The notes below the pieces were generated by a model that saw nothing but the letters and a program-made list of their open reading frames with translations, ran no database searches and was not told the origin of the DNA. Positions 38,829-51,700 of a stretch of DNA of 64,000 bases are shown here, piece after piece. The DNA is from Eledone cirrhosa. Its lineage: Eukaryota. The DNA is taken from positions 78,802,001 through 78,866,000 of the forward strand of contig OZ024741.1 of the NCBI GenBank assembly GCA_964016885.1, read 5' to 3'. Both the position numbers and the translations under genes were made by a program. How positions within the stretch are numbered: position 1 is the first letter of the stretch; each line of letters begins with the position of its first letter.

Positions 38829-38879
<51 letters not shown>

Positions 38880-38905
38880 TAGTTCCACAACTGTTAGTTC
38901 ACCAT

Positions 38906-38948
38906 ACCGAGAACAATTGTTTCATCTTATTAAGATCATCAGCTCGGT
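38906..38948 (-). ncRNA. Minimal type I hammerhead ribozyme
   Basis: Minus strand: ACCGAG CTGATGA TCTTA A TAAGA T GAAA CAATTG TT CTCGGT. Confidence 0.7.
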
Positions 38949-39054
38949 CTAAATGAAGTTGTACAGTAAAGGAAAAACAACTGTACGAATACGCATGTGC
39001 AGAAACAGACACTTCTGCTGAGGGAGGTAAACCCACAATAGATTGATGTAAGGG

Positions 39055-39121
<67 letters not shown>

Positions 39122-39966
39122 CATATGTGTGTATGTGTGTGAGTGTGTGTATTATGTATATATCTAAAAAAGATATGTGTGTGTGTGTGTGTATGTGTGT
39201 GTGTGTGAGGTTAGGTCAGGTCTATGCATGCTACTGGTGCCATGTAGTCCAGTACAACCTGTTTAATGGTCGGGCAGTCGGCGACTAAACCGGTTCCTCC
39301 TCCTGGTCTGACGAGGAGGGTAAGTAGAAACCCAGCAGCACAAAAACAAGAGTTGTCAAAGCGCTGATGAATTCAAAGGTATGTAGGGCCATTTAACCCT
39401 TTAACTACATACCGTCACGGTAGACAGACGTTTTGGGCCGACGTCCAAAAGTTTAATAGCCTTTGATCTTTGCGTCAGAGCGACCCTGGTTGAAATTAAT
39501 GGCATTTTCTAAGGACAGATGTATTCCTGTCACCTCTTGACAACTTCCACCTCAGCCACCACACCTACCAGACCACAATGCTGGCATCAACTAATAATGT
39601 GACAATCAGGGACCATCTGCTATATATATAACAGCAAATTAGCAGGCTGTCCCCGAATCAAATTGGTCCTCTATTTTTTTTTCTATTTTTCTATCTTCTA
39701 TTCTCTGTTTGGGTTCAACGTAATCCTGTTACATAATTCTGCAAATAACACCTGATGAAATCGCTTAGTCTAGCATTATAATCGGATGATAGGGCTGGGC
39801 CATTGAAATATGTATACTGCTTTCGCGGGATTAAAATTAAATTCTAAAGTAAATTTTCCAGTCAGGCCTTCTGTTGTTTTAGTATATATATAAAGCGCAC
39901 ACTTCGTCCGTTCCCATGTCGATTCAACTTGGATTGCCTTGGAAACATAACCTTATTATGTAACAA

Positions 39967-40040
39967 GCTGTCTGATGATGTCACGACATTCGCACACAGA
40001 ACAGTGTGGCCAGTGTCGTCATTGAAATATATATCACAGC
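39967..40040 (+). ncRNA. Type I hammerhead ribozyme with long stem II
   Basis: GCTGT CTGATGA TG..ACGACATT..AGTGTCGT CA TT GAAA TATATA TC ACAGC. Confidence 0.75.
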
Positions 40041-40168
40041 ATTATTATTAAAGGACTTGAACATCTGAAACTACTTCGCTTTTACTTATTCGATATTTAC
40101 TCCGTCACTCCTATGTGGAAAAAGTACGTTGAGTGCATGAATTGAATTGCATCAATGTTTACCCTAAG

Positions 40169-40213
<45 letters not shown>

Positions 40214-40631
40214 GGAAGTACGGCATATTCGAAGCTCAAGCCGCAGCTAAGCCGACGAATGCATTCAGAAGTGTAGCCAAGCTCTCGACAAGGTATAAAA
40301 CCTCAGAGTAATAACATACAGTTTAAAGGGCTTTGTAAATTGAAGATAGCGATCGGTAATTCAGCCGCGGGGTCCCTAGCAACGAAAGAACTGACTCGCG
40401 AGAAAAAATACATACATATATACAGATTTTTTCATGTGTTTATTTTATATATATATGTCAGTCAATTTCTAGTTGATATAAAATGGTCGGATCTATTCAT
40501 TGGAATCTTTGAGCTTATTCTACGGTGGATATGGCGCATGTCTCGGACATGACTCCCTTTATTTAATTTAATTACATTAATTTTGTATATATATATATAT
40601 ATATATATAGGTTTTTTTCCCCCATATTTTC

Positions 40632-40712
40632 CCTATTACCCACTCTACTACCCTAAGTATTGAGTACTCTGGTGCGTTATGGTCCATCTGGTTCCTTACC
40701 ACACCTCCTTCA
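40632..40712 (+). mobile_element. Short terminal fragment related to the 29-39 kb Penelope element
   Basis: CCTATTACCCACTCTACTACCCTAAGTATTGAGTACTCTGGTGCGTTATGGTCCATCTGGTTCCTTACCAC matches 38748-38818; lies between (TA)n tracts. Confidence 0.75.
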
Positions 40713-40715
40713 TTG

Positions 40716-40750
<35 letters not shown>

Positions 40751-42357
40751 AAGTTGTATAGGTATGTATATACACGTGTATGTGTGTTAGTGTGTTATTG
40801 TCTGGGTTTTAACATTCCTAAACCACTAGACACAAAAAGGAGAGCTATAAACATTTTACAAAAACATATTTCTCCATTATGCAACAATACTTATTCAACA
40901 CTAAACTGCTGCAAGGATGACAAAAATAACAGAACTGTTCATAACATTTCAAAATTTATTTCGACTTTACAATGTGATTTATTCATTGGTTTTGTGGGTA
41001 GAAGTATTTATTTATATATTTTTATTTGTTATTTTTTATAGTTTTTATTGAGGTGGGTGGCTATGTTTTAGTCGCTCTTCTTTATTCTCCTGTTTTGTAT
41101 TTCTGCTGCTGCTGCATCATCATCATCATCATGATCCCCTTCTTTTTCTTTTTTATTCCTCCTTCTACTTCTACTACTACTTTTTAGTGTTCTTCTAAGT
41201 GTTTTTTTTCTATATCTTCCTCTCTCCCTTTCTATTGTTCTCCCTTCTCATTCTCCACAATCCTCCGCCACCACCTCTTCCTCTTCCCCAATACCCCCTC
41301 TTCTCTTCCTTCACTTCCTCCTCCTCCACCACCACCCACCACCACCACTACTTCTTCTTAAACATCCCCACCTCCCTCCTCCACCACCTCCACCACCGCT
41401 CTTTCTTCTTCCACATCCACATCTCCCTCTTCCTCCACCACCATCACCACCACCACCACCTCCACCACGTCCTCTTCTTCCACACCTCCATCACCCACCA
41501 CTACCACTACTACCACTACTACCTACCATGTTTACATCATGCAACATTTGCATAAAATGTCCACCAACAATGCAAATGTCCACCATCATACACAATCTCT
41601 CTAAAACTATACTAACCCAACAATAGTCTTGGCTTATTTCAAACTCATTCTTTATTTCATTCATTATTTCTATCTTTTTCTCTTTATTTCATTACATCTT
41701 TCTTTTATTACATCTTTCTTTTTTCCTTCTTTCATGTTTTCTTTGTTTCTTTCTTTACTCATTCTTCACTCTTTCCTTTCTTTTCCCTTTCCTTCTTGCT
41801 TTCTTTCATTCATGCCTTGTTTTTCTCTTCATATTTCCCCCATATTTTTCTTTCATTCTTTCTTTATGACTATTATTTTTTTTATTTCGTTTCTTTCTTT
41901 CTTCTCTTTCTTTCTTCTCTTTCTTTTGGGACGTAATTTTTATTTTGTCTTTCTTTTAGGATGTCTTCATTTCTTTTATTCTTTCACACGTCTTCTCTCA
42001 TGTGGTTGACTTATCTTTCTTTTCTCACTCGAGTTCAATAAAACAAGTACCAGACATGTTATTGGGATCAATAAATCGACCAAGAACCATTGATAGTAGT
42101 GTCTTAGTTTGGCCAGAGTTGAATGATTGGAACTAATAAAAGAGAAAAGGTGTATACATATGTATCCAGAGTAGTATCTACATATAATGGAAGATGTTTG
42201 TTTTATTTAGCTTGCGTGTGTGCCAGACACTCATTATTCTGCTCGATGCTGCATATTTAATTTTTCTCGTTGGCAATCTCGTTGGCAATCACGTTAGCAA
42301 TCACACTTAACAAATACTAAATTCCTTCTGATACAACTATCTACTCATATATATATA

Positions 42358-45327
42358 TTTCAAAAAACGAGACAATCACTTGATCACCTATAGATCGGGG
42401 GAACACACAAGCCAGGTAGATTATATCCTTACCAGGAGACGTGACAGTGTCTGTTGTAAACACTAAATCCCTCCCCCATGAAGAATGCACCTCTCAACAT
42501 AGACTCATAATTAGTGACCTCATAGTCAGGACGAGACGTACTCGACAACAGAAGAGGACTATCATCAGGAGAAAAATATGGAAGTTAAATGACCCCACAG
42601 CCAGTAATAAATTTAAAAGCATATTACTTGATGCTTTTGATAGTAAGGAAGAGCAATTAGAGTCGTACAATATAGAGGAACAGTGGGAATTCCTGAAAGC
42701 TAACCTACTGAAGGCGACAGATGATGAAACCTGTGGCTGGAGCAGACCTATAGGCAGGAGGAGAGTAACTTGGTGGTGAAACAGTAAGGTGGATGGGTCA
42801 ATCAAGGCCAAAAAGCAGGCTTGGAAAGCTTGGTGGGACGGGGGAAGTAGAGAAGACTATCAAGTGGCGAGGAGGGAAGCTAGGAGACAAGTGTACTTCG
42901 CAAGAAGGGAAGCAGAGGAAAGAAAGTTCAAGCATGTTCTACAACGCGAGGACCAAAAACGTGAGGTGTTCAGGATTGCTAGGCAATGTGACAAGGAAAA
43001 CAGTGATATTGTCGGGGAGAAGTGTGTCCTTAATGATGATGGTGTACTTGCCATCACTGACGCTGATAAGAAGGTAGCTTGGAAGTGTCACTACGAAAAG
43101 CTACTAAATGAGGAGAATAATTGGGAGAAAGACAGTCTCCCCCACATCGATCCAATAGAGGGACCAGCAGGGCAAGTTGAAGGTAGCATAATAAGTAAGG
43201 CGATCAAAGACATGAAGACGGGCAAGGCGGCCGGGCCTTCGGAAATAGTCGCTGAAATGCTGAAAGCATCTGGAACGGTGGGACACACTATGGTCACCCG
43301 GATAGTAAACCAAGTCATACAGAATGGGGTCGTTCCGAAGGACTGGCGCAGCAGCATCATCATTAACTGCTACAAGGGTAAAGGTGATGCCCTAGATAGG
43401 GGAAACTATAGAGGCATTAAATTAATTGACCAGGTCATGAAGGTCACAGAAAAAGTAATAGCGCAACTAATCAGAGAGCGAATTGATCTAGACGAAAGGC
43501 AGTTCGGGTTTGTGTCAGGTAAAAGTACAACAGGCGCTCTCTTCATTGTACGACAACTACAGAAGTACCTAGCTAAAAGTAAACCCCTATACTTAGCCTT
43601 TGTTGACTTGGAGAAAGCCTTTGACAGAGTACCCCGCTCAATTATCTGGTGGGCCCTTAGAAAACTAGGTGTTGATGAATGGCTTGTGAGAGCTATATAA
43701 GCCATGTATAAAGAAACAGTCAGCAAGGTTAGAATTAACAACGAATATAGTGAAGAGTTTAGCGTAAAAGTTGGTGTTCATCAGGGCTCCGTCCTTAGCC
43801 CCCTATTATTTATTATTGCCCTTCGGGCTATAACAGAGGAGTTCAAGACCGGCTGCCCATGGGAACTCCTATATCCAGATGATCTAAAGCTCATAGCTGA
43901 ATCAATGGCTGAACTAGAGAAGAAATTCCAAACATGGAAGCATGGCCTAGAATCAAAAGGCCTTAAAGTTAACTTGTCTAAGACTAAAGTTCTAGTTTGT
44001 AGGAAGGAAAATAGGGCACCGGTCCCATCTGGGAAATGGCCATGCTCAGTGTGTAGGAAAGGAGTAGGCAGAAACACCATTTTATGTCCCAAATGCAAAG
44101 TATGGGTGCATAAAAGATGTAGTGGGATCACAGGTAAGCTAAATAAGAATATAGATTTTATATGTGGCCGGTGCTCTGGTGCAATAAGTAGCAGCAAGCG
44201 CCCACAGAATACTAGCTCATTCCATTGCACAGATGGTTCTATAGAAATAGTGGACAGCTTCCGTTACCTGGGTGACAAAATCAGTGCTCTGAAAGTACAG
44301 TAGCTAGAGTCAGAACGGGATGGAAAAAGTTCAGAGAGCTTATACCACTACTGGCCGCTAAAGAGTTCTCTCTAAAAATGAAAGGCAGGCTTTATGATGC
44401 CTGCATACGAACAGCAATGTTACATGGCAGTGAGACCTGGGCATTGTGTGCAGAGGATATACGCAGACTGGAGAGAAACGAAGCTTGCATGCTCCGCTGG
44501 ATGTGTAATAGTAATATACGTGAACGGCAAAGCATAAACGAACTAAGGGAGAAATTAGGAATAAGAGGGATCAGATGTTGTTTACTCGAGAGAAGACTAC
44601 GTTGGTACGGTCACGTGATGCGCATGAAAGACGACAGCTGTATAAAAAAGTGCAGGGCGATAAAAATAGACGGTAGCCACGGAGTAGGCAGACTCAGAAA
44701 AACCTGGGACGACTTGATAAATTCCGACCTCACACACTTACACCTCTCCAAGACAATGTCACTGGACCGAGATCTTTGGCGCTACACAGTTATACAGAAG
44801 ACCCGCCTTGCCTAAGTACAAAGCGAAACCTACAGTCAGTAGGCACCTCTAACAAAATACACCTCCGTCCCACTACCCCCCCTTAAATGTGAAGTTATGT
44901 TGGTACCACAACATCCAGTCCGAAACAAATGAGGTCGTGTAGGTGTCACGACAAAAAAAACACACAGTCCACGCTGTAATGTGGCCGTGTAGGTAACACG
45001 GTAAAAACCTCCCAGTACACACTGTAAACGTGGTTGATGTTGGGAAGGGCACCCAGCCGTAGAAAATCCGCCAGACGTGTAGGTGTCACGACAAAAAAAC
45101 ACACAGTCTACGCTGTAATGTGGCCGTGTAGGTAACACGGTAAAAACCTCCCAGTCCACACTGTAAACGTGGTTGGTGTTAGGAAGGGCATCCTGCCGCA
45201 GAAAACCCGCCAGACAGTCCTATAAGAGCAGGATAACCAATCTTGCCTCAAGTGGGAAAACTCCCGTCCAAACCCATGCAAGCGTGGAAGATGGACGTTA
45301 AACGACGATGATGATGATGATGATGAT
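42358..45327 (+). mobile_element. 5'-truncated RTE-clade LINE (APE C-terminus + RT with PHD insertion), several stops
   Basis: SQVDYIL, SQHRLII; GKAAGP, NYRGIKL, QFGF, FVDLEKAFDRV, GVHQGSVLSPLLF, YPDD, FRYLG, MLHGSETW, RLRWYGHV; tail GGACGTTAAACGAC(GAT)n; TA-rich flanks. Confidence 0.92.
44937..45214 (+). repeat. ~140-bp tandem duplication in the RTE 3' UTR
   Basis: Two copies of CGTGTAGGTGTCACGAC...GGAAGGGCA..GCCG.AGAAAA.CCGCCAGA. Confidence 0.85.
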
Positions 45328-45474
45328 ATATATATATATTAGAAAGTGAGGTTTTTTTTACAAAAGGAAAAATAACCGAGGTGTCCTACACGAGTGAAAG
45401 TATAAAGAAAAAAAGATGAAATCGAAAATGCAACTGGAGTCTTATTTAAAAATATATATATATATTTATTTGGT

Positions 45475-45514
45475 TCCTTTACCGGTTTCGCAGTTCTTCT
45501 GCTTTTCAAAAGTA
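45475..45514 (-). ncRNA. Minimal hammerhead-like fold with UUGAAAA core
   Basis: Minus strand: TACTT TTGAAAA GCAG AAGAA CTGC GAAA CCGG TA AAGGA; stem I short. Confidence 0.5.
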
Positions 45515-45642
45515 GAGTTGAGATGGAGGGTCTGTGGTTTTTCATATATTTATATATATATATATAGTTTAATAAATGAACAGAGAATAAAAAACAGAGA
45601 AGCAGTACAAATGATATGGTTTTTAGTTTCCCGCTTGAAAGT

Positions 45643-45677
<35 letters not shown>

Positions 45678-45680
<3 letters not shown>

Positions 45681-46911
45681 GTTGCGGACGATATTTGAGG
45701 ACACATGTATTTTTAGTCATTATTTAATTAGACTCATTTTTATTCAACTTCAATTTCAGAAAATAACAATGAAAATAACTATGCTTACTAATGAAATGAA
45801 AAGGCATGTTGTGATTTAGAAATTTCTCGTTTTCTGAAAGTTACAAGATCTTTTGTCCACAAGATTCGGTGTGAGTTAGAGAAAGAAGATGGAAGCGTAT
45901 CAAAACGATGGACCTATATCAAAACGTAAAACACATTTCAAATGCTCTGATTCTATCAGGACACCTGAATTTATTCAGGAAGTTAAGCAAAACATTGATG
46001 ACAATCTAGGAAAATCAATGAGGTCAATTGCAAAAATTTTGGTGTGTCAGAAAAAACAATCAGAAATGTTGTGCATGAAGACATCAGCTACGTGATGATG
46101 AGAGGTCAATTCATGTCAGAAAAAAACAAAAGAAAAGCATTTAATCAGATCCACAAGACTTTTAAACAAACTTAAAAATCCACCAGAAGATGGTGTGATT
46201 TGGTTTTCCTCAGATGAGAAAAACATTGGCCAGGACCAGAAAACTAACAGAAGAAATGACAGATGGCTATGTGCAGACCCTTCTGAGGTTCCAAGAGTAA
46301 TGCACACAAGATTTCCTGCAAGTGTCATGGTTTTAGGTGTTGTTAGCAATGAAGGACATGTGATGCCTCCTCACTTTTTTCCACAAGGCCTTAGGGTGAA
46401 TCCTGCTGCGTATATTGAGGTTCTGGAAAAAGTTGTTAAGCCTTGAATCAACAGTGTATGCAATGGAAGGCCTTATGTCTTTCAACAAGACTCTGCACCA
46501 TCACACAAGGCTCAAATGACACAATAATGGATGGCCGACAATTTGCATGATCACATCACCCCCAACATTTGGCCTCCTAATTCTCCAGATCTCAATCCAC
46601 TGGACTACTATGTAAGGAACACCATTGAGAAAAATGTCAATGAAGACCCCCATAGTACCAAAGATTCTTTGAAAGCCGCCATAATTCGAGTCATGTCCGA
46701 TATGAACAAGGACCACTTAATCCGAGCTTGCAAACGATTTCGACCCCGTTTAGAGGCAGTTATTGATGTTTATGGCGGTTTTATTGAATAAAATTATTAA
46801 ATTGCTAATTTAGCTTTATGTTTATGTTATTTTTATAAGAATACAGTTTTTTTCTGTTATTATATAAGCGTTTTTTTTTTAACCATAAATCTGTACTCAA
46901 ATACCGCCCGC

Positions 46912-46917
<6 letters not shown>
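45678..46917 (+). mobile_element. Full-span, inactivated DD37D (maT) Tc1/mariner transposon
   Basis: TIRs CAGGTTGCGGACGATATTTGAG / CTCAAATACCGCCCGCACCCT in TA context; WFSSDEK, FQQDSAPSH, SPDLNPLDY with 37 residues between 2nd and 3rd D. Confidence 0.9.
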
Positions 46918-46972
<55 letters not shown>

Positions 46973-46999
46973 CATATGATCAAATCATGGTGCACCATG

Positions 47000-48640
47000 T
47001 TATAAGCTTTCTGCTAATTCCAAACGTTCACAGCCAGTCTTCAATAGCAGACCACCTGCGAGATATTTATCTCTTAACTGTACCACTTATTGTCCAGCAA
47101 CTGTCCTACTTTAACGACTAGGCTCACTTTAAGACTTTATTATACAACGTGCCCTTCTCTTTTCCATGTGGTCGAGTATCATTTAAAGAAAATTTAAATT
47201 CTATTTCTAGCTGGTTGTGTCACTCCGTAAAGGCTTTTTCGTTTACTGCTGCATTCCTGTGTAAACGCTGCTTTAAACAAGTAATTGGTCTATTCTTTGA
47301 TCTATCTCATTCGAGTTTTTGATTCCATTACGATCTAAATAAAGCTAGAATTCATTCTTCCATTGCAAGATACTTACTAGAATCTAAAGAGAATTTTAAT
47401 TAATCTACCAGTATTTATAGATACTATTAATATTTGACACTGGTGATTTTCTTCCCTAATTTCTATGAGAATGTCGAATATCTATTATATATTCTAATAA
47501 TGAATTATTTCAACTTACTTGGTTTGGGAGTTTTCATCTTTTGCATGGTAACTCAGAATTCTCTTTGCAATTTATCATTTATAATAGACATCCATAGTAG
47601 AATTGGTGATGTGGTTTTTCTTCACAAATTATCGCCCAAAATATTTTTGCAGCTTGCCAGCTTTGTTGTATATAGCACGTTGGTATTGTAGTTTTATCCT
47701 CCCCACCAAAGCTAGCTGAGAAATTTCTTTGCAAATCCACAGCTATACTGTCTATCCTTAACGAAGTTTGTACTATGGTTTTCTCTACATATATGTTCAC
47801 TAATAACTTATTTGCAAATTATCGAATATATTGCCTATCCTATAGTAGAACAACATCTGTGCAACTAGTCATCTATCATGTTCTTCTGGTATTGTGATTT
47901 CCTCTTCACACAAATGTTAGCCAAGAATTTCTTTACCACTAATCTATAGTAAAGTTGTTACTGTGGATTTTCTCTTCCCATATGGTAGTCCAGGGTGTCA
48001 TTAATTTATCTACATTTGGTCGGTTAATAAAACCACAGTGTTTGCTAAAATCAGGTTAAATTCGAATTAGTTCTCTAGCTAATGTTTATATCTCCTCATT
48101 GCATGCATAATTCTTATATTAACTAATTATACCTTTGGAGTTGTCACCCCATTACCATAATCAAATCTGATTAACACAAGTCATTGACGCTATATTCTCT
48201 TTTCACTCCAAGAAGAATTATAATTAAATTGTTTTTTCGCTCACTACATTAAGTAAGTTAGCACACACTCAACTATTGTGATTCATACTTTTGACGCCCC
48301 TAGGTAATTTCTCGCAAACCTCTTGACTACTTGAAATCATTGGTTTCCTGGTGTAGACCACTTATGAATGTTTAAATGAACGAAAAGTTATCCTTACTGT
48401 TTTAAAGATGTCTTTATTAAATTCTCTAACACTCATTTTCTGTACCTTAGTTTACCAAATCACTTCTTATTTATTCAAATTCTTTCACTGTTAATAGTTG
48501 CAGTCTGTAGCTATTCTTAGTATTCACAAATTTCCAAATTTCTTCGTAGTTTCTTTACATTCCATTCCTAAATCTACATATTGCATTTACTGTCCTGGCA
48601 ATAAACTATCTCTAAAAAATCGTTATTCTATTACTTACTA
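47000..48640 (-). mobile_element. Very old non-LTR (possibly RTE-like) remnant
   Basis: Only faint motif traces on the minus strand. Confidence 0.25.
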
Positions 48641-48659
48641 ACTTTCTTCTTCTTCTTCT

Positions 48660-48711
<52 letters not shown>

Positions 48712-48732
48712 ACTAGTACAAATAATAATGAT

Positions 48733-51700
48733 TTCATTTATTGGCCACAAGGGCCGTCATAGACTGAGACAGTGGGGGTTTACATATACAACGGGTAAAC
48801 AATAATAACAATAACAAAATACCGATCTTCACTATGGACTCGGCCGATAGCTGGATCCGTTCTACACGCGACAATAGCTGTTCGACATAACTCCACAAGT
48901 CAGTAATGCACGGACACTGGACGAGTGCGTGCAGAACGGTTTCGTCGTTCTGCGCGCATCTCGGGCAGGTCCGTCTGACAGCACTTCCGTGCCTGTAGAG
49001 TTTATCTCGAACGGGCAGTGCCCCCCCCCCCCCCCCGGTAGCACGGTAGCACTGCCAAGCGATGGATTTTTGGAAATTATCCATCGTCCCTGGTTCGAAA
49101 GTCCTCCGGAACAGACTGGTTAGTTACACTTCGTCGACGCCCAGAGCCTCTCCGAGTGCGTCGTTGCACTTTCCCCACCACTAATCCTCTATAGAACTCG
49201 AGAGTGGAAGTTCCACTGACCGCATTGCCCACCTGATAGAGGGCAGTGAGTGCCTGGCAACATTCCAGATGCCAGTCACCCAGTATCGGTCTTTCTTGAC
49301 CCAGGACTGCAGCTCGGTCCAAGAGACGAGCTGCGGAAAGGCCCGTCTGACAAACGGCGACCACACCTGTTCACCGTTTAAGCGTATCTGCGCATCATTA
49401 GCTACGGCATGCCCAGCCCTCCACGTAGAAGGTGCTGGAAGCAGATGGACCGCCTCACCAACGGAACCTGACCCCTTCACAAGAATTTGAAAAGGAGCCG
49501 GTCCAGGTTTGCGAGGGACAACGGTCAGGCGGTAGTAGATGACGGACGCGATGTGCGCGTTCGCTACCTCTGCCCGACCTTTCAGTGATAGCTTTCTCGC
49601 AGCCCATTTCTGGGTGAGACTGGCTATCCTGCCCGCCACTTCGTCCCAATTCTTATCCACTTGCAGGTCTGGCCCGAACCAAACCCCGAGTAACTTTACC
49701 GGTCCGTCCGTCCAGGCTAACGACGCTGTTGGACGGTATGGACTTGCCTCTCCAGGTGCCGAATTGCAAGCCCACCGACTTTTCCGGGTTGAGTTTTGCT
49801 CCCGTCAACCTTTCATATTCCTCCAATAAGTTGCCGAAAACATCAATTTCTGAGGTGTCCGACACCATCACGGTGATGCCGTCCGCATAAGCCGACACAG
49901 CCTTTCCGCGTCCTGGTTCGAGCGGGATGCCTTGCAACAGCTCCAGTTTCCGCAGTAAAGGCTCGAGAGTCAATACGTACAGTAGGGAGGAGAGAGGGCA
50001 CCCTTGACGGACCGATCGGGAGATCTGAAACGGTTCCGAGAGGTGGCCCTTAACTTTGACCACTGAGAAGATGCCGCTGTGCATTGCAGCGATCCAGCTT
50101 CTGAAGACGCGATCGAAGCCAGCTGCCTTGAGGACAACCTCCAGGTACCGATGGTCGACTCTATCGATTGATCTAAATTGATCAGATCCCCACCGAAGCC
50201 AGGTTTACACCCTACCCTCTCTATGATGTATCGCATCAGATGGAGGTTCTCGTGTATGGACCTGGTTGGGATTGCGCAAGTTTGCGCCTCCCCAACCAAA
50301 TCCTCGACGACAAGCGCCAACCTCTTCTCTAACACCTTGGCCAAATTCTTAAACTCTGTTGTTGAGCAGAGTTATGGTCCTGAAATTGTCTAATGTGTCC
50401 CTCTTGTTCTCGTCTTTCCTTATTAGCGTCACTACGCCCCGGCTCACAGAACTGGGAATACTCCTGTTCTGCTGCCAGTTGCAGTAGAGTTGCGGCAAGC
50501 CATCGAGGTAGGGACTAAAGTCCGCCTCCGTATCTGACTTGCCACTTCCCCCGAACAACCGAACAAAATGTTGGCGAAAGACCTCACACATCCGCTTGGA
50601 ATCGCTCAGCTCGTGTCCGTCTCGGTCCGTCAAAGACCGAATCGTGGTTTTATTACCACGCTGCGCCTCTGCCACGCGGTCCCATCGAACAGGTTTGGTT
50701 CCCTCGTTTCTCAGAGCACGCGACTTAGCTCTGACAATGCAACCTTCGTGTTTCGCATTGGAGAAATGATCTAATGCCATTCTCGCCGCTGGCACGTCTG
50801 TTACAATGCCACTACAAATAGCCTCGTCTAACTTATCTACCAACTCCCCCTCCTTTCTATTTTTCTCTAACGCTACTTCTTTGCTAAACCCTATCAACAT
50901 TACTCTAATCTCTGTTTTGAGTGCCCCCCCCACCATCTATTGTTGACGACTCCCCCTGTCAACTTTTTCTTAACTAAATTGTTGATCCGGTCCCTGTAAG
51001 CCTTACGTGCCGGAAATGACATGTTCAGCTTCCAGTAACCAGGTCCTAACCTACGCGTCTTATCTAGGTCGACTATACAGATCACAAACTTGTGATCTGA
51101 ATAGGCGACCCTTTTAAAACGTGGACAGCTTACACTATTTCTGTCTATTTTCCTAATGAACAACCTGTCTATATACGATCTAGAAGACCCTATGCAGTTG
51201 GTCCAGGTCCACACTGGCGCATTAGGGAAATCTAGTCGGTACCTGTCAGACAGTTGGAACTGGTTGATCAGGTACTTGAGGCTTTTGCACCCCCGCTCCT
51301 ATCGGATACTCCCACACAGTCCCAGCGTGTGTCTAAGATGCCGTTCCAAGGGTGCTGTTCCAGTCCCCCTCTAACAGTAAAGGGCGAGACGTACCCAGAA
51401 AGGCTTCCAGGCGTCTAAAGAAGTCCGTCCGTCCTGCCCCAGTAGGGGCGTAGACAGCCAGTCTAAAGGCACCACCTTTCCTATTGTTCTCGTCCAGGAC
51501 CACCAACTTACCGTCCGGGTCCTGGAAGATCGACCTTACCTCGAGATCCAGGCCTTTCCTAAACAGCACGGCCACCCCACCTCCCATTCCCGGCCGACTA
51601 ACAGTTGCGAAGATCTGATAGTCGTCGAAAATGGGGGATAGTCCGCGCGTGTCGGAAATCCTAGTCTCGCTGACGGCAATTACATCCTGAAGTCGTTGAA

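Larger units (their letters stand above)
29025..38832. mobile_element. Young composite Penelope-like (Naiad-like) insertion: tandem copies A and B (-) plus inverted copy C (+)
   Basis: Three near-identical ORF+3'UTR copies; both outer ends abut (TA)n. Confidence 0.95.

Noticed and set aside
39305-39375. CTGACGA..GAAA and CTGATGA as hammerhead or HDV-like ribozyme
   Set aside because: Could not build the required stems by eye
39745-39822. CTGATGA..GAAATATGTATA hammerhead
   Set aside because: Core and stem II plausible but stem I does not pair; counted as degenerate
41199-42009. His-rich and Phe-rich ORFs
   Set aside because: Low-complexity (CAC)n and CT-rich sequence
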